Positions 10,858 to 22,520 of a DNA stretch of 64,000 bases are shown piece by piece. Under the pieces are notes generated by a model that was given only the letters and a program-made list of their open reading frames with translations, was not told the origin of the DNA and did no database searches. Within the stretch, counting starts at the first letter, position 1; each line of letters begins with the position of its first letter. A program made the translations under genes and the position numbers. The DNA lies in the NCBI RefSeq assembly GCF_000372725.1, contig NW_005201338.1, forward strand, positions 166,041-230,040, read 5' to 3'. The DNA is from Emiliania huxleyi CCMP1516 (Eukaryota).

Positions 10858-13800
10858 ATGGCAGAGAAGATCCCGTGGTCGACTCCCATACCGTGCGACA
10901 TTGGGCCCGGCTGGACGCGAATGACCAAGCCTCGCGCCAACGGGCCGCCGGGCTCTCGGGTCGCCGACCATACGTGGATCGGGCCGGACGGCAAGAAGTA
11001 CCGCTCAGAGAAGCAGGCGCGAGCCGCCGCGGCCAATCCGGCCGCCGCCAGCGCGGTGCCCGCAGCCGGCGGCAAGCCCAAGAAGGCCGCCGCAAAGAAG
11101 CCGCCCACGACCCTCAAAGTGGCCTACAACCCACCGACGGCGCGGGCGGCCGCCGCCGCCGCTGCCGCCGCCGCTGCCGCCGCCGCTGCCATCAAGTGCA
11201 AAACCTGCGGCAGCGGGGAGGAGCCGGAAGGGAACGCGATTCTGCTCTGCGACGGCTTCGGCTGCACCAGTGCCTTCCACCAGCGCTGCCTTCCGACTCC
11301 GCTCGAGGAGGTCCCCGACGGCGATTGGCTCTGCCCAAAGTGCGCGCCAGAGGCGCCGCCCGCCGACCTCGTGATGCCGTCGCCGGTGAGCAAGGACCGC
11401 GCCCTCCGGCGCGAGCTCCAGGTGGTGGACGGCCTCCGCCCCGCCGACTGGGCGGCGGAGGAGGCGCAGCGGCTGGAGGCGCAGCGGCGCGCGCTTCCCG
11501 ACCGCGCGCTTCGGCTGGGCGAGCTGGGCGGGTGCGCGTGCCTGGTGCAGCTTCCGGCCAAGGCGGTGGCCCGCGCGTGTGTGCGGCCGGACACTCGCCC
11601 TCCCTCACTCGTGCGCCACGGCTCTGCTCTAGGCGACCGCTTCGGACGCCTCCGCCTCGCCGTCTGCCGCGGCAACCCCGGCCGACACCCTCCCGCCGCC
11701 CGGCGTGGGGCGTGGCTGTCTGATCGGAGAGGCGCTCGACGCTGTAGGCGGCGGCCGCCCCGCGAGCCGGCATCCTCGTGGAGGCGCGCTGGAGCGGCGG
11801 GGAGGGGGTCGGCGAGGCGGCGGAGGGCAGGGGTGGCGACCTGTGCGCCTGCGTGTGGCTGTCGGGCCGCAGCGCGCCCTGCTGGCTCTCGCTGTCGGCC
11901 GGCGGGGCGAGGCTGTACCTCGGCTCGGAGATCTGCCTCGCGAGGCGGGAGGCGGAGCTCTGGCCCGCACGCGCCTTCCGCCTCCTCACGCCAGACTCCG
12001 TCGAGACGAGCGGCGAGCAGGGCTGCCCTCTTCAGGGCTGCCCTCTTCAGGGCGCCGCCAGCCCTCGCGCCGCCAGCCCTCGGAGCCCGGCGGGCCGCGG
12101 CGGGCGAGGGCGGGGCGGGCGCGGGCGCGGGCGTAGCGGCTTGCGGGCGGGGCAGGGCGCCGCGCGCGGGTCGGAGCAGGTCTGGCTGCGCTTCTTCGGC
12201 GCCCCCGGTGCGGCCTCCGTCCGCGTGGCTTCGAGCAGCCTCGCCCCCTTCCCGCTCGCGACCGGCACGCCGCTGACGGTGGCGACGCCGGCGCTCTCCG
12301 CCAAGCTGCAGGCGATGGATTGGGCGCTGCGCCACCCTCGGCACAACCGCCGCACTCCGCCCCTCTCTCCGCCCCCGGAGGGGTTGATGGAGGCTCTGGT
12401 CGGCCAAGCCATCGAGGTGATGTCGGCTGCAGAGCAGCTGTGGCGAAAGGCATTCTCACCTCACCGCCCCGCTGTCGCACTCACTCTCCCTCACACCTCC
12501 CTCAGGCCCGCCTCCTCTCCCGCCCCGCCCCCCCTCTCGGCACAGACCTCTCGACACGTCGCCCCTCGCCCAACCCCCTCCTCTCAGGCGCTCGTCCAGG
12601 CCTACTCTGCCGCCTCGGGCAAGCACCTGCTGCTCAGCGCGGAGGGCGAGGCGGAGTGGCGCGCCCTCTCGCGCGGCTTCTACGCCTGGCGCCGCCTCCC
12701 ACCGCCAAAGCCTCGCGGCTGCCCCCCCCCCCCCCCCCCCCCTCCTCCCGAGCCGCGCCCCTTTCCGCTCTCGGCAGGCACTTCCTCCCGCCCGACAAGG
12801 AGCCGCTGCTGCGCGAGCAGATCGAGGCACGCTTCCGCGAGGCGCAGCGCCACGCGCCGCCCGGCCTGCCCCTCGGCATGACGGCCGACGACTGCCGCAT
12901 CTACGGCCCGCCGCCGACCTGCTTCAACTCGGACGCGCCGCGCACGGGCCCGGGCCAGCTCGTCGAGTGCGCTCGCTGCGCGCACCTCTTCCAGCCGGCG
13001 AGCCTCGACAGCGGCTACCAGCCGGGCGGAGAGGGCCCGTGCGTGTGCGAGGCGTGCGCCACGTGCGACGCGTGCGGCGCGAGTGCGCCGTCCGAGCTCT
13101 CCGGCCTCTTCGACGAGCGCGAGACGGGCCCAGTGCCGTCCGGCTGGCAGCTCGACGCGTCGCGACGGCTGCTCTGCGTGGGCTGCGTCTCGAGCATGCG
13201 CGCCGGAGGCCGCTGCGCCGCGAGCCTGCAGCAGTGGAGCAGCGGCTCCCTCGGAGTCCACTGCACGACCTGCGGCCTGTGGTGCGGCGTGAGCAAGGGC
13301 GCCGACGCCGCAGAGTCGGCCAAGCCGATGCCGCCGCCGCTGCCGCCGGCTGTCGGCGGAGGGACGAAGCTCGAGATAGGGCGGGCGCGCGTTCAGAGCT
13401 GCGGCCGCTGCGCGGGCGAGGCGCTGCACCTGCAGCTGAGCGACGCGCTGGACGAGCTGCAGGCTCTGGACCCGCTCGGCTACTTCGCGCAGCCCGTCGA
13501 CGACGAGGCGATCCCCGAGTACCGCACGGTCATCCCGGACCCGATGGACTTCAGCACGATGCGGGTGCGGCTCCGGCGAGGCGAGTACTCATCGCCACTG
13601 CAGCTCGCGGACGACTTCGTGCTCCTCTGCCGCAACGCGCTCGTCTTCAACCCGAGCGCCACCAACCCGTACCGCGTCGCCGCGAAGAGCCTGCACGGCC
13701 GTGGCCAGGCGGTGCTGCAGGCGCAGTTCGGGCTGCACCTCGACGGGGCGGCTGCGCCGGCGGCTGCGCCGGCGGCCGCCTCCGAGCCTGCCGCCGCCGG

Positions 13801-15090
13801 CCCTGCCGAGGAGCCGTCGCCGGAGGAGGCGCCGGAGGAGGCGCCGGAGGAGGGGCCGCCGCCCTCTCCTGGCGCCGGCGCACGCAGCGACGGCGTTCTC
13901 AGCAGCGCCGACCAGGCGTCTCCCCCGCCGCTCGAGGCGCCGTACTCTGGCGACGGGAGCGTCGACTCGCACGGGCTGAGGCGCACGCGCAAGCCCGCGG
14001 CCGACTCCGTGCAGCCTGGAGGCGGCGAGGGCGGCAGGGAGACCGGCAAGGGCACCAAGCGAGGCGCGCCCGATGCGGCGGAGGAGCTGCCAGACGACCC
14101 GCTCCGCCTCGTGACGTGCGAGGCGCGCGAGCCGAGGGCGCCCGTGTGCACGCTGCTGCCCCACCCGCCCCCCGACGGCAGCGAGCAGCAGCAGGCCAGC
14201 GGCAGCGCGGCGTGCCCTCCTGCCGAGTGGGAGGCGATCGACTTGCCGTGCGGCCCCGCTTGCGCGGCGTGCGGCTCTGGGGGCGAGAGCAAGCACGCGA
14301 TGCTGCAGTGCATCTGCTGCGGCGAGAGCTTCCACCGCTTCTGCCTCGGGCTGCCGCCGGACGCCGAGGTCGACCCGCTGACGTGGCAGTGCGCGAGCTG
14401 CAACGTGTGCTCGCACTGCCACAGCGGCGTCGACGAGGAGCTCCTGCTCCTCTGCGACTGCGGCGAGGCGATGCACACGTATTGCCTCAAGCCGCCGCTC
14501 AAGGCCGTCCCGGCGGGGGACTGGCGCTGCCCCAAGTGCGTCAAGTCGCTCAAGTGCGAGCGGTGCGGCACGAGCAAGCCCGGCCGAGGCGGCTGGCGCG
14601 TCGACTACCGCTTCTGCGACGAGTGCGGCAAGCTGCACGAGGAGCAGGGCTACTGCCCGCTCTGCATGCACGATTGCCGCACCGAGGAGGGGCCGATGGT
14701 GTGCTGCGACAAGTGCGACTTTTGGGTCCACGCCGAGTGCGACGGGTTCAGCGAGCGCGGGTACGACTTCTTCGTCTCCAAGGGCGACAAGATGAGCTAC
14801 GAGTGCCCGCGGTGCGCCAAACGGCAGCCGCTCGAGTATGGCCGCGCGCTCGACGCAAAGGTGCCGAAGTCCTTCAAGGCCAAGCCGGACCCGAGCGACG
14901 CGGGGTGTGCGCCGGAGCTCTCGATGGCGCCTCCTCTGCAAGCCGCGGTGGCTGCCGGCAGCGCTGCGACGCCGGCGGGGCTGGCTCCACTGGTGGCGGC
15001 TAGCGCGGTCGTGGCCGCTCAGTCTAGCACTTTCGCGCCGCCCTCGCTGCCGCAGCCGTCAAGCCCTCCACCCTCACTGCCGCCGAGCAT

Positions 15091-15125
<35 letters not shown>

Positions 15126-17696
15126 TTATGCGGCAGCAGCTTCAATGGCAGCAGCAGCAGCGGCTGATGCTGCTGCAGCAGCAGCAGCAGCAGCAGCAGC
15201 TTTTCCAGCAGCAGCAGCAGCAACAATTGATGCAGTGGCAGCAGCAGCAGCAGCAGTACGCAGGCATCGGGCAGCAGGGCTACGGGCAGCAGGTCTACGG
15301 GCAGCAGCAGGGCTACGCGCAGCAGCAGTACGCGCAGCCGGCATATGGCCAGCCGCAGCAGCTCTTCCACCAGCTGCAGCACGGTGTGTCGGTGCCGGTT
15401 CAGGGCATGCCGGTTCATGCCGTCCCGCAGCACATGCCCGCGCCGGTGCTCGGCAACGTGTCGGGTGCGTACGGTCTGCCGCCGCCCTCGTGCCCTCCGT
15501 CCCCTGCCGGCGACGACGACTCGGCAGCTCCGAGTGGCGGCAGCAGCCCCCATTCCTCGCGCGGCGACGAGGCCATGCCGCCAAGCTGCCCGCAGGACGA
15601 CGTGGAGGACGACGTGGCGGCGGAGCCAATGGACGAGTCGGGAGCTGGCGGTGCCGAGGCGGAAGCTGCGAGCGCTGGCCAGGGCGGCTTCCCTCGGCAC
15701 GTGGTGTGCAAGCTGTGCCAGAAGCCGGGCGACGCCGGCGAGGGCGGCCGCATGCTCTTCGTTGAGCCGGGCTGCTGGGCGCACGTCAACTGCCTCGCCT
15801 GGTCGTCCGAGGTTGTCGAGACGGTGGGCGGCGACCTCACAAAGGTGCACTCCATGCTGCAGCGCACGCGCAAGATCGGCTGCGCCCACTGCGGCCAGCC
15901 CGGTGCCTCGATCGGCTGCAATGTCCACCGCTGCAAGCGCTCCTTCCACCTGCCGTGCTTGGGGCCCGCCGGCGCGCTCGTCTTGGCCGACCGGCGCGTC
16001 TACTGCGAGGAGCACCGCTCCGTCAAGGCTGCGGCGCGCGGCTCGGCCCTCCACGAGCTCCCGCTCGCCGACAGGCGGATGCGGGTGCAGCCGAGCAAGC
16101 GGAGCTCGCCCGAGGACTGGCCTCACGGACACTGGCTCCGCGTCGGCGCGCTGACCGTGCTGCACCGCGGCGAGAGGCCGCAGAAGCCCGGCGACCCCCC
16201 CGCCGGCTACGTCGCCCGGCGGAGGCACTGGAGCACTCTCCGCGAGGAGGAGTCGTGCTGGTACGAGCTGCGCATCTCCGGCGCCGAGGACGGCGCCCTC
16301 GCCTTCAGCGTCCTGAGCGAGCACGAGCCGGAGCGGCCGATCGAGTGTGCGTCTGCGCTCGAGGTGGCCGCTGCCTCGCCTTTTGCGCGCGCGTCCCTCT
16401 CCCGCGCTAACGCAGGGTACGACCCCCGGCTGTAGGCGGTGCGAGAGCTCTACGCCCGGCTGCGAGCCGTCTCGACCAAGCCGGCGCGGACGCGGGTCCA
16501 CTACCCGTACTCCGCGGCCAGCTTCTTTGGCTGGAGTCTGGAGCCCGTCCAGCGAGCGCTGCACGGCGACGAGCGCGGCGCGGCTGGCGGAGCGGCCGAG
16601 GAGCCGGAGGAGGCGCGCAGCCCGGCTCTGCGGGTGGCCGAGAGAGAAGAGGCGGGTGTGCGGAGAGCGGTGTGATCGCTGTAGGTGCGCAACCCGTCCG
16701 GCTGCGCCCGCGCGGAGCCCGTCAAGTGGCGGCGTGCCGTCGTCGCGAGCACTACGGCGGACGGCACGGCGAACCACCGCGGCAAGCGCGCTCGGTACGA
16801 GGAGGACGAGGAGGCGGAGGGGCTGCAGCTGGGGAACGTCGAGAAGCTGCGCAACCTGAACGACTCGGTGCGCGCCCCTGCCACCGCATCGGGCCGAACC
16901 CAGCCGTGTGACGCCGTCCCCCTCGCAACAGGCGCGCTCCCGCTTCAAGGTCAAGGGTTCCAACATCCACGGCTGGGGGCTGTTTGTCAAGACCCCGATC
17001 CCGAAGGGCGAGATGCTGATTGAGTACCAGGGGCCCCGCCCGTCCGCCCCCCCCCCCCCCCCGAGCCCGCCCCCCCTCCGCATCGCCTGCTCGACGCTGC
17101 AACCCTCCACCTCCAGGGGTGGTCCTCTATCCCTAAGCCTAAGCCTACCCTCCTCCCGCCAGGGGTGGGTCATCCGCAAGTCGATCGCCGACCGGCTGAT
17201 GGAGCGCTACACGCGCGCGGGCGTGCCTGGCGCCACGGACGGCTCGTACGTCTTCAAGCTGGACGACACGACGCAGGTCGACGCGACGATGGCGGGCAAC
17301 ATGGCGCGCTTCATGAACCACTCCTGCTCGCCGAACGCCTACTCCAAGGCTCGCTGCGACCTCTCTCCACACCCGCCGCCCTCCCATCGCGGCCCCCTTC
17401 ACTTCAATTCCGCCGCCGCCCCTCCCTCCCCAAAGGTGATCGAGGTTGGCAAGGGGCCTCTCGGCAAGCACATCGTCATCTTTGCGAGGCGCGACCTCGA
17501 GGCGCCGACTACCGAACCCCCCCCCCTTCCCCCCCCCCCCCGCACCTCTCCCGCCGCCCTCACTTTGAACCCCCCCCCCCCCCTCTCCTGTCTCCAGGTG
17601 GGCGAGGAGCTCCAGTACGACTACCAATTCGCGCTCGGCGGCGAGAAGATTGCTTGCCACTGCGGCGCCCCGAACTGCTGGGGCCGCATGAACTGA
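10858..17696 (+). CDS. KMT2: Trithorax/MLL-like histone H3K4 methyltransferase (MBD-like, PHD, PWWP-like, Tudor-like, bromodomain, PHD cluster, polyQ, extended PHD, FYR, Win, SET, post-SET), multi-exon
   Basis: Bromodomain [33 protein letters not shown]....[16 protein letters not shown]. PHDs such as [13 protein letters not shown]. Extended [29 protein letters not shown]. Win motif [49 protein letters not shown]. Post-[16 protein letters not shown]. Confidence 0.93.
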
Positions 17697-17907
17697 GCTG
17701 TTTTTATTATCGATATCCACATCAGCCACCGTGTCTGTCGCGTGTCGGCGCCGGCCATCAGAGGCGACATGTAACTGTACCCTCGCTGTGGTGTCGTGTC
17801 TACCTGTCCCGCATGTTACTACAAATGGGCACACTCACCGGCTCTCAACAGCTCTCTTTAACTAGTCACACACACACAACAGTTCTCTGTGCGTCTCTGG
17901 CCTGCGC

Positions 17908-19470
17908 TCACGTACCGCTCCACGTCCACTCCGTCGGCAGCTGCAGACGGGAGCCGGGGAGGAGGGTTAGGCCGGCGACCGAACAGCTCTCCGTCGGCTT
18001 GCTTGCGAGCCGCTGCCTCTTCACCTCTCTGACCGCCTGCGCCTCGACGTGCTTGCCGTGCATCTCCTCCCAAGCGCGCGTCTTCGCGGCAACCTCTGCC
18101 GCGTCGCGGATCAAGTACGGCCCAACACCCGCTCCCTCCTCGTCGCTGCCCCCCGCCGCCTCGGCGTCGTCGGCCGCGCCCGCGCTGCAGAAGAAGCCGC
18201 TCGAGAAGAAGCCTTGCTCGAGCGCCTCCTCCGACACACCGTGCCGCAGAGACCGCTCCAGCTGGACATCCTCGCCGTCGAGATCGCACCTCGCACCGCC
18301 GCCGGCCGCGATCCGCTCCTTGGCCGCGGCCAGCTTCCCCCGAAGCCGATCGCGCCGCGCGGCGTTCGCCGCGAAAGAGGGGGGGCCGGACGGAGGCGCC
18401 CCGCCGCCTCCCTCGCCGCCGCCTCCCTCGCCGCCGCCTCCCTCGCCGCCGCCTCCCTCGCCGCCGCCTCCCTTGTCGCCGCCGTCGCCGCCGCCGCCGC
18501 CCTCGCCGCTCGCCTCCGCGGCCGCAGCGGCGCGCTGCAAGCTCGCCTCGTCGAGCGCGCTCGAAAGGCTGCGCAGCACCTCCCTCTCCGACAGGCGGGC
18601 TCGGCCGGGCAGGCTGCGGGCGAGGCTGACCGCCACCGAGCGCAGCTCCGCCGCCCGCAGCTTGACCTGCGTCTGGGAGAGGCGGAGGGCGCTGCACACG
18701 GCGGCGATGAGGCGCCCCTCGCCGCCCTCGCCGCGGCCGGACGGCTTGGAGGGCGCGGCGGCGCCCAGCGCGACCAGCGCCACCGCCCCACAGCTCGTCT
18801 CCGGCTGCCGCCCCTCGAGCAGCCACTCCGCCGAGGCCAGCTCGAGCAGCCGGCCCGCGAGGAGGCGGCCTGGCCCGCGCGGAGCCATCGTGCCCGCGTA
18901 GCCGCCGAGCTCGGCCACCTCCGCCGCCCGGTGCAGCGTGTCGCAGTCCCGCTCCAGCAGCGCTCGCGTGTCGAGTGCAAAGCTGCGCCGCTCGGTGGAG
19001 CCGTCGGCGGAGGAGGAGGGCGAGGCCGAGTCGAGTCGCTGCTGCTCGGCAGCGAGCTTGCCGAGGAGCCGCAGCCAGCACCGCGTCACCCGCAGCGGCG
19101 GAATTCGCGAGTGCAGCACGACGTCGCGCAGCGTCAGCACCGACGCCGAGCGGCAGCGGCGCGAGGCGAGCAGCAGGCAGCAAGGCGCGTGCTCCTCGAG
19201 CGCGGCGCTCCCCTTGCGATCCGGCGGCGTGCCCAGCGCCGACTTGACCAGAGCGCTGGCCATCTGCACGGAATCGTCGTCCAGGCGGAGCGCCGCCCCC
19301 ATCTCGCGCACGCGCTCCTCGACCAGGTGCCAGCCGCGTTCGTCGAGCACGCGCTGGGTGCCGGCCACACAGTCGTCGGTCACCGTCTCAAGGACCCACC
19401 CGCACTCTGCGCACACCAGCTGGCCCTCCCACACCTCGGTGCCGGCGTCGCACGAGCAGCTTGATACCAT
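17908..19470 (-). CDS. BRF1: TFIIB-related factor (BRF1-like, RNA polymerase III TFIIIB subunit)
   Basis: N-terminal zinc ribbon CSC...LVCAECGWVLE, two degenerate cyclin-fold repeats, and C-terminal YLIRDAAEVAAKTRAWEEMH resembling the BRF1 TBP-binding motif. Confidence 0.75.
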   Translation of the reverse strand: MVSSCSCDAGTEVWEGQLVCAECGWVLETVTDDCVAGTQRVLDERGWHLVEERVREMGAALRLDDDSVQMASALVKSALGTPPDRKGSAALEEHAPCCLLLASRRCRSASVLTLRDVVLHSRIPPLRVTRCWLRLLGKLAAEQQRLDSASPSSSADGSTERRSFALDTRALLERDCDTLHRAAEVAELGGYAGTMAPRGPGRLLAGRLLELASAEWLLEGRQPETSCGAVALVALGAAAPSKPSGRGEGGEGRLIAAVCSALRLSQTQVKLRAAELRSVAVSLARSLPGRARLSEREVLRSLSSALDEASLQRAAAAAEASGEGGGGGDGGDKGGGGEGGGGEGGGGEGGGGEGGGGAPPSGPPSFAANAARRDRLRGKLAAAKERIAAGGGARCDLDGEDVQLERSLRHGVSEEALEQGFFSSGFFCSAGAADDAEAAGGSDEEGAGVGPYLIRDAAEVAAKTRAWEEMHGKHVEAQAVREVKRQRLASKPTESCSVAGLTLLPGSRLQLPTEWTWSGT

Positions 19471-19844
19471 ACAAGACCGTGTCGGGGTGGGTTGCCGCGT
19501 CGAGGCCACAAAAAAAGAAAAAATCTGCGAAGCACGGCTAGGCGAACGACACGTACTTCCCCTCTCAGAGCTTCCCGTCCTCTGCTCGTTCGGCCCGCGC
19601 GACTAGGCGGCTCAGGTCCAGGGCCTCGCCCCGCAACCTGCTCAGCTCCTCGCTGGCGGCTCCCGCCTCGGCGTGGAGGCTAGATCATCACGCTGCCCGA
19701 CGACACCGTGCGCCTGACCGGCGAGGCTGTTGTTGCGCGGTGCAAGTGTGCCCGGTGTGCTGTCCGGCCCGAGGCAGAGGATGGCGGCTGCACGCTGCCG
19801 CTTCCGCAGCCAGCGCGGCCGCGGCGGCGCTAGCCCAGGGGCGC

Positions 19845-19992
19845 CCTAAACCGGGTCTGAACCTGGTATGTCTAATAGGGTCCCCCACCCAGGCCGAGCC
19901 CTGTTTAGACCCAGTTTATCGTAAACAGGACTAATCTGGTTCGTGTTCAGCCGTGGTCTAAACTGGGTCTAAACATGGTCTAAACTGGTTCG
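19845..19992. repeat. Cluster of GTCTAAAC(T/A)GG motifs in both orientations
   Basis: GGTCTAAACTGGGTCTAAACATGGTCTAAACTGG and inverted GTTTAGACCCAGTTTA. Resembles transposon subterminal repeats. Confidence 0.6.
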
Positions 19993-20142
19993 CTTGATAC
20001 CCTCATTAACGTAAACGTCGTCGTCGACGAAAGCAAGTGAGCCCCTTCCGTACAGCCGTGAACCAACAGCACCAAACACAGTCGCACAACTGTACCTGAG
20101 GGCACACACTCGAGTCCAACTCCAAAACTCCGCCAAAGATCG

Positions 20143-20144
<2 letters not shown>

Positions 20145-20239
<95 letters not shown>

Positions 20240-20292
20240 TGCGTGTGTGCGTGCGTGAGTGTGCGTGTGTGAGTGTGCGTGCGTGCGTGCGC
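20145..20292. repeat. (TG)n / (CGTG)n microsatellite
   Basis: Direct reading. Confidence 0.97.
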
Positions 20293-20375
20293 GAGCACCG
20301 CGGGGGCGTGGTCTGCGCGCTGTGAAACTCATTCATACGGTGAGGTATCTCTAGGCAGCCCTTCGTCCCGCCGCC

Positions 20376-21683
20376 TCACTCCTCCTCCGCCGCCTCCGTA
20401 GCAGAGGCGTCGCCGTCGCCCACCCCCAGCAGCTCTTGGTTCGGGTGCACCTCCTCGTCGTCGAAGCGCGAGAAGGCGAAGCGCGTCTCGTAGGGCGTCG
20501 TCACCTCATACATGGCCGCGTTGCCTGTGACAGGGGTGGGTGCCGCTCAGCAGCCGTGAGAGAATCCTCGTGCCGCGTTGTCTGCGCTTGACGCCTTCGA
20601 TCGCGCCCTCGGCCATGGCACTCGTCTTGAACCGACCAGCGTTGCTGCCGGGGTAGGCGTCGCGCTTGCCCTCGCGCAGTGTGGTGGCAGAGAAGGACTG
20701 GCCCACGATACCTATACGGGAGGGCTCCGAGAAGTCTACACGAGCCTCGAGTCACCGTGTAGCGAGCGATGCCGTGCGGGAGGGTGCGGGCCGCCGCGTC
20801 GCCCGCCGCATGGATGTTTATGTCGAGCTGGTGCTTTGGGCCGGAGACCCATCCCTCGACGCTCTTGGCGCCGACGGTGAAGGTCCAGTTGCGCACCTGG
20901 GGGAAGGGGGAGGCGGGCGGTGCGGGGCCGGTGGGAGACGTGCGGAGATGCGGGTGGCGGGAGACCCCGCCTCAAACTTGGCGCTCGAGTAGTGCGGCTT
21001 GATTGAGAACTCCTCGCAACGGCGCAGCGTCGTCCCGAGCCCGAACGAGAAGGCGTGGCCGCCGCAGGAGCCGGTGATGAAGTCGAAGCCCGTGTTGAAC
21101 TCGGCGAGCCGCGAGGCGAGGAAGGAGGCGTTTGCCCACTTGCGCTTTGCGCCGCGCACCCGCGCGACGACGTGGCCTCGGTGATGAAGGAGCCGTCGAT
21201 GGTGGTGCCGGGCCACCATGGCGGGTTGTAGACGACGTCCTCCGTCTTGACGTTGAGGGCGATGCCAGGCGCCGAGAAGAAGACGACGACGGCGTCGTCC
21301 TCACCGCGGTAGTCTGCGCGGCCGCCGTGCGCAAAGTGCAGGTGCGGGTCGCCGTCGGAGCCGCCGATCGGCTTGTGCGAGGATGGCGGCGAAGGGGGCC
21401 ATGCCGACGTCGGCGCCCTTGTGGCGCTTTTGTCGCTTCCGACGGGTTCGCGCGTAGTCTGATAGTGAGAGTCTGTGCTTGTCGTCCGACTGCATCCGGT
21501 CATGAAATACAGCGGATCGTTGTCGGAGTAGCAATCGACGTCATTTGCCGAATCGGGACAGATGGCCGGCATGTGGTCCATAATTTCGTCCGGGGGATAT
21601 TCATCCCAGCCGTCGGGTGTGAACCAGACCTGCGTCTGAACTTTAGCACTGTTTTTGACTTCGACCATGGGCGACGTGTGGGA
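20376..21683 (-). CDS. 3' part of a probable extracellular protein with a GDPH-type (vWD/root-cap-like) domain, truncated by the assembly gap, one apparent frameshift near 21180
   Basis: GDPHLHFAHGGRADYRG..FFSAPGIALNVKTED..DGSFITE, LPHGI(V)GQSF and AMAEGAIEG across spliced exons. Pro-rich linker upstream. Confidence 0.6.
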
Positions 21684-21783
21684 NNNNNNNNNNNNNNNNN
21701 NNNNNNNNNNNNNNNNNNNNNNNNNNNNNNNNNNNNNNNNNNNNNNNNNNNNNNNNNNNNNNNNNNNNNNNNNNNNNNNNNNN
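21684..21783. other. Assembly gap (100 N)
   Basis: Run of N. Confidence 1.
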
Positions 21784-22520
21784 GGGTTAGTCTCGGGTTA
21801 GTCTCGGGTTAGGTTTGGGTTAGAGCTCTACGGCTCGTACCGCCCCTCTCTCGTGCGTTCACTCACTCGCCACACCACAGCCGCGGGCGCATGGCGAGCG
21901 GGACAGTCTCATGCCACAGGATCTATAATGTACCGCCCTCACTCAGCGCACGCACCCTCACTCCTCCTCCCACCTCCCTAGGGCCATCACTGGCACACGT
22001 TGAGGGCCGGGCCCCCTGCAGCCCGCACTGCCGCTGTAGCGGAGGCCATGGGCGCAACGGGAGGTGTGTCGACTGGGCGTCAGGCGTGCACGGAGCAGTG
22101 AGGAGGGACGTGCTCTAGTCGACGTAGACGACCCACTTCCAGCACGAGCGAGCCTCGTCCCAGACGTACCGGCCGCCCAGGCTTTCGATGTACACCGAGT
22201 GCTCGTCCGCGACCTCGGCGACATTCGATCAAGTTACCAACAACATGCCCTGTTACCAGAAGACCATGCCGACCTGTTAAGGCAGAATATGTTAACAGAA
22301 GTGCCCGCCGCAGCAGCCGTTTCATCTCGCCAACCAGCTCTAACCCGGCCCTAACCCACCCCTAACCCGGCGCAAACCCCTGCTGACGTATGCCCCCCAG
22401 CCGCACGGGTTAGTGCCGGGTTAGCGTCGGGTTAGCGTCGGGTTATGATAACCCGTTCTGACCCGTGCTAACCCGTGCCGGGTTAGTGAGCACTAACCCG
22501 CGCTAACCCGCGCTTACCGA
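21784..22520. repeat. Dispersed GGGTTAG/CTAACCC telomere-like motifs in both orientations
   Basis: GGGTTAGTCTC x2 at 21784. Multiple CTAACCC and GGGTTAG at 22340-22510. Confidence 0.75.

Noticed and set aside
12967..17179. Long overlapping alternative-frame and antisense ORFs (e.g. 678 aa, 701 aa) here and throughout
   Set aside because: These are Arg/Ala/Pro-rich shadow ORFs expected at very high GC, with no domain motifs.
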